Assembly: GCA_039714075.1 (NCBI GenBank)
Contig: JBDLKA010000045.1
Location: forward strand, 1 to 25,888
Direction of reading: 5' to 3'
Length of the DNA: 25,888 bases
DNA from: Candidatus Krumholzibacteriota bacterium
GTDB taxonomy: Bacteria > Krumholzibacteriota > Krumholzibacteriia > LZORAL124-64-63
The notes below the pieces were generated by a model. The model saw nothing but the letters and a program-made list of their open reading frames with translations, was not told the origin of the DNA and searched no databases. The position numbers and the translations under genes were made by a program. Positions 24,127 to 25,888 of this stretch are shown here, piece after piece. Position 1 is the first letter of the stretch; the number at the start of each line of letters is the position of its first letter.

Positions 24127-25815
24127 TCAGGACCCCTGAACTTCGGGAAGTCGAATCACCTTGTAGTATTCGATGGCCCCGTCCTGCTGGAGGCGGAGAG
24201 CCTCCAGCAATGCCGTGTCACGGTTTGCGTAGGGCCCCAGATAGATCCGGTGCCAGTCCACCCCGCGTACCAGCTGGGTTCGGACCGTGATGTCGTGCCC
24301 CGGATGGTCCCAGCGGCGGACATAGGAATCGGCCCGTGCCTGGGTCCTGAAGGAATAGATGTGGACGAAGAAGGCATCCGCATCCGCACCCGCGACGGCC
24401 GCATCCTGTTCCGGAGCGGTAGATGCCTGTTCGCCTGTTTCCCGGGGAGCGGTTTCCCTGGCCACTGTTTCCTGGGGTGCTGTTTCCTGGACCACCGGTT
24501 CCACCGGTAGATCCTGGGGCTTTTCTTCAGAGACAATATCCTTAATTTCCGCCTGCTGGATCTCTTGCTCGCCTAATTCCTTCACGGCTGGAGTCTGAGC
24601 TTCCACATCCGGTTTCCGGACTGGTTCCGCGACGGGTTCTTGAACGGCGGCAACGGATTCACCCGCCCGTGGGGGCTCCACACCCTGCGGTGAATCGGGG
24701 TAGACCTTCTCCACCAAACCATCCAGGGCGCCAAAGTTGTAGAGCACCCCCAGAACCAGAACCACGAAGGCTACGTAGACCCAGGGTCGTATGAGACGCC
24801 CCAGACCATTCCCGGATCTCCGCCTGTGGGGCACAGGGGGAGCCGGTTGCGGCGGCGGGGGCGTCTGGATTTGAGGTTCCTGAATGGGCCGGGGCGGGGC
24901 CGGGGTCTGGGGCATCGGCTCGGGTTCAGGTACCGGTGGAGTTGGTATTGGGGCAACCGGCTGGGGCGGCACCGGAGCTGATTGAGCCATCACCGGGGCG
25001 GGCGCGGGACCGGTGGCGAACCGCAGTTCCTGGTCTTCCTCAACGTCACCGGGCTGCACCATTTCATGTCCCGCTACAAAGGCGGACAGAAGAGCTTCGC
25101 CTGCCATGGTATTGACCAACCGGGGCACCCCATGGCTTCCCCTGAAGATCCTGTCGATGGCCCCCGAGGTGAACACCTGGCGTCCACAGCCCGCCACGGC
25201 CATGCGGTGGTTGAGATACTCCTCGGTCTCCTGCCGGGAAAGGGGATCCAGGTTGTAGTGGACCCTGATCCGTTGCCGTATCTGGGCCAGATCCGGCCGG
25301 TTGACCGTTTCCTCGAGTTCGGGCTGACCGACCAGGATGATCTGCACCGGCTGGGCTTCTCCCTGCCCCAGGTTGGTCAACAGCCGGATTTCCTCGAGCA
25401 CCTCGGGCGGCAGGTTCTGGGCCTCGTCCACCACGATGAGGACCATCTTCCCGTCACGGTTGGCCGCCTGCAGGAATTCCTTGAACAGGATCAGGAGATC
25501 GGATTTGTCCGCCCCGAGAGGCCACTTCACGTCCAGGTCCTCGAGGATCAGCTTGAGCAGTTCGATGGCGGAAACACGCGTGTTGGTGATCAGCGCGAAC
25601 TCGAACCGGGGTCCGAGATTGGTCAGGAAAGACTGCAGGGCCATGGTCTTGCCGGTGCCGATGGGGCCGGTGATCAATACGATGGCCTCGTGGTTGTCCA
25701 GGCCATAGACCAGGTGGGCCATGCTTTCTTCGAAGGTTCCGGACTTGTAGAGGAAGTCCAGCTTCGGGGAAAGGCTGAAGGGGTTGACACCCAGACCGAA
25801 ATGTTCGAGGTACAT
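24127..25815 (-). CDS. ExeA/GspA-like AAA ATPase with Pro-rich linker, TM helix and C-terminal SPOR domain
   Basis: MYLEHFGL..NPF, Walker A GPIGTGKT, Walker B IVVDEAQNL, ILVGQPEL and GVPRLVN. TM WVYVAFVVLVLGVLYNF. SPOR-like FFVHIYSF...WHRIYLGPYANR. Confidence 0.9.
   Translation of the reverse strand: MYLEHFGLGVNPFSLSPKLDFLYKSGTFEESMAHLVYGLDNHEAIVLITGPIGTGKTMALQSFLTNLGPRFEFALITNTRVSAIELLKLILEDLDVKWPLGADKSDLLILFKEFLQAANRDGKMVLIVVDEAQNLPPEVLEEIRLLTNLGQGEAQPVQIILVGQPELEETVNRPDLAQIRQRIRVHYNLDPLSRQETEEYLNHRMAVAGCGRQVFTSGAIDRIFRGSHGVPRLVNTMAGEALLSAFVAGHEMVQPGDVEEDQELRFATGPAPAPVMAQSAPVPPQPVAPIPTPPVPEPEPMPQTPAPPRPIQEPQIQTPPPPQPAPPVPHRRRSGNGLGRLIRPWVYVAFVVLVLGVLYNFGALDGLVEKVYPDSPQGVEPPRAGESVAAVQEPVAEPVRKPDVEAQTPAVKELGEQEIQQAEIKDIVSEEKPQDLPVEPVVQETAPQETVARETAPRETGEQASTAPEQDAAVAGADADAFFVHIYSFRTQARADSYVRRWDHPGHDITVRTQLVRGVDWHRIYLGPYANRDTALLEALRLQQDGAIEYYKVIRLPEVQGS
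24435..24490. repeat. Degenerate 15-bp tandem repeat (about 4 units) encoding (Q/R)ET(A/V)(P/A) pentapeptides
   Basis: ctgtttcccggggag / cggtttccctggcca / ctgtttcctggggtg / ctgtttcctgg; protein QETAPQETVARETAPRET. Confidence 0.75.
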
Positions 25816-25819
25816 GGGC

Positions 25820-25888
25820 CTAGTCCGCCTGACTGGTTGGTTGTCTCAACATGCCGGGAAGGGAATGATTCAAGGCATTGTCACCCGG
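25820..25888 (-). CDS. Possible 3' end of an upstream gene running off the window
   Basis: One minus-strand frame is open from the window edge (PGDNALNHSLPGMLRQPTSQAD*) and stops 4 bp before the ATPase ATG. It is too short to verify. Confidence 0.3.
   Translation of the reverse strand, partial: PGDNALNHSLPGMLRQPTSQAD

Noticed and set aside
24127..25815. Type II secretion system
   Set aside because: Only the ExeA-like ATPase is present; no secretin, pseudopilins or GspE/GspF in the window.
1..25888. CRISPR arrays, tRNA/rRNA genes, IS or prophage elements
   Set aside because: No regularly spaced repeats, structural RNA signatures or transposase/integrase ORFs were seen, and nearly all sequence is explained by CDSs.

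Overview
A GC-rich bacterial cell-surface glycan (EPS/capsule/LPS or protein-glycan) biosynthesis and tailoring locus of about 22 genes. No mobile element, rRNA, tRNA or CRISPR array is visible. It encodes four GT4 glycosyltransferases, a GT-C-like membrane protein, a Wzx flippase and a non-hydrolysing WecB-type 2-epimerase. It carries only the front half of the GDP-linked legionaminic acid/bacillosamine route (nucleotidyltransferase, LegB, LegC and an AntD/VioB-type N-acyltransferase). Tailoring genes include an AlgI-type MBOAT with a C-terminal FIYFQF motif and its SGNH partner, a SAM methyltransferase, a CapK-like adenylate-forming enzyme, a CapA-like metallophosphoesterase and a DUF2334 deacetylase. 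Also present are DUF354, an uncharacterised (alpha/alpha)6-barrel protein, a beta-propeller with arylsulfotransferase-like motifs and an ExeA-type AAA ATPase with a SPOR domain. The architecture is unusual: 12 alternating-strand blocks, convergent gene ends almost touching, and sigma70-type promoters (several extended -10) in the divergent spacers. All calls come from motif recognition by eye; no database search was run.
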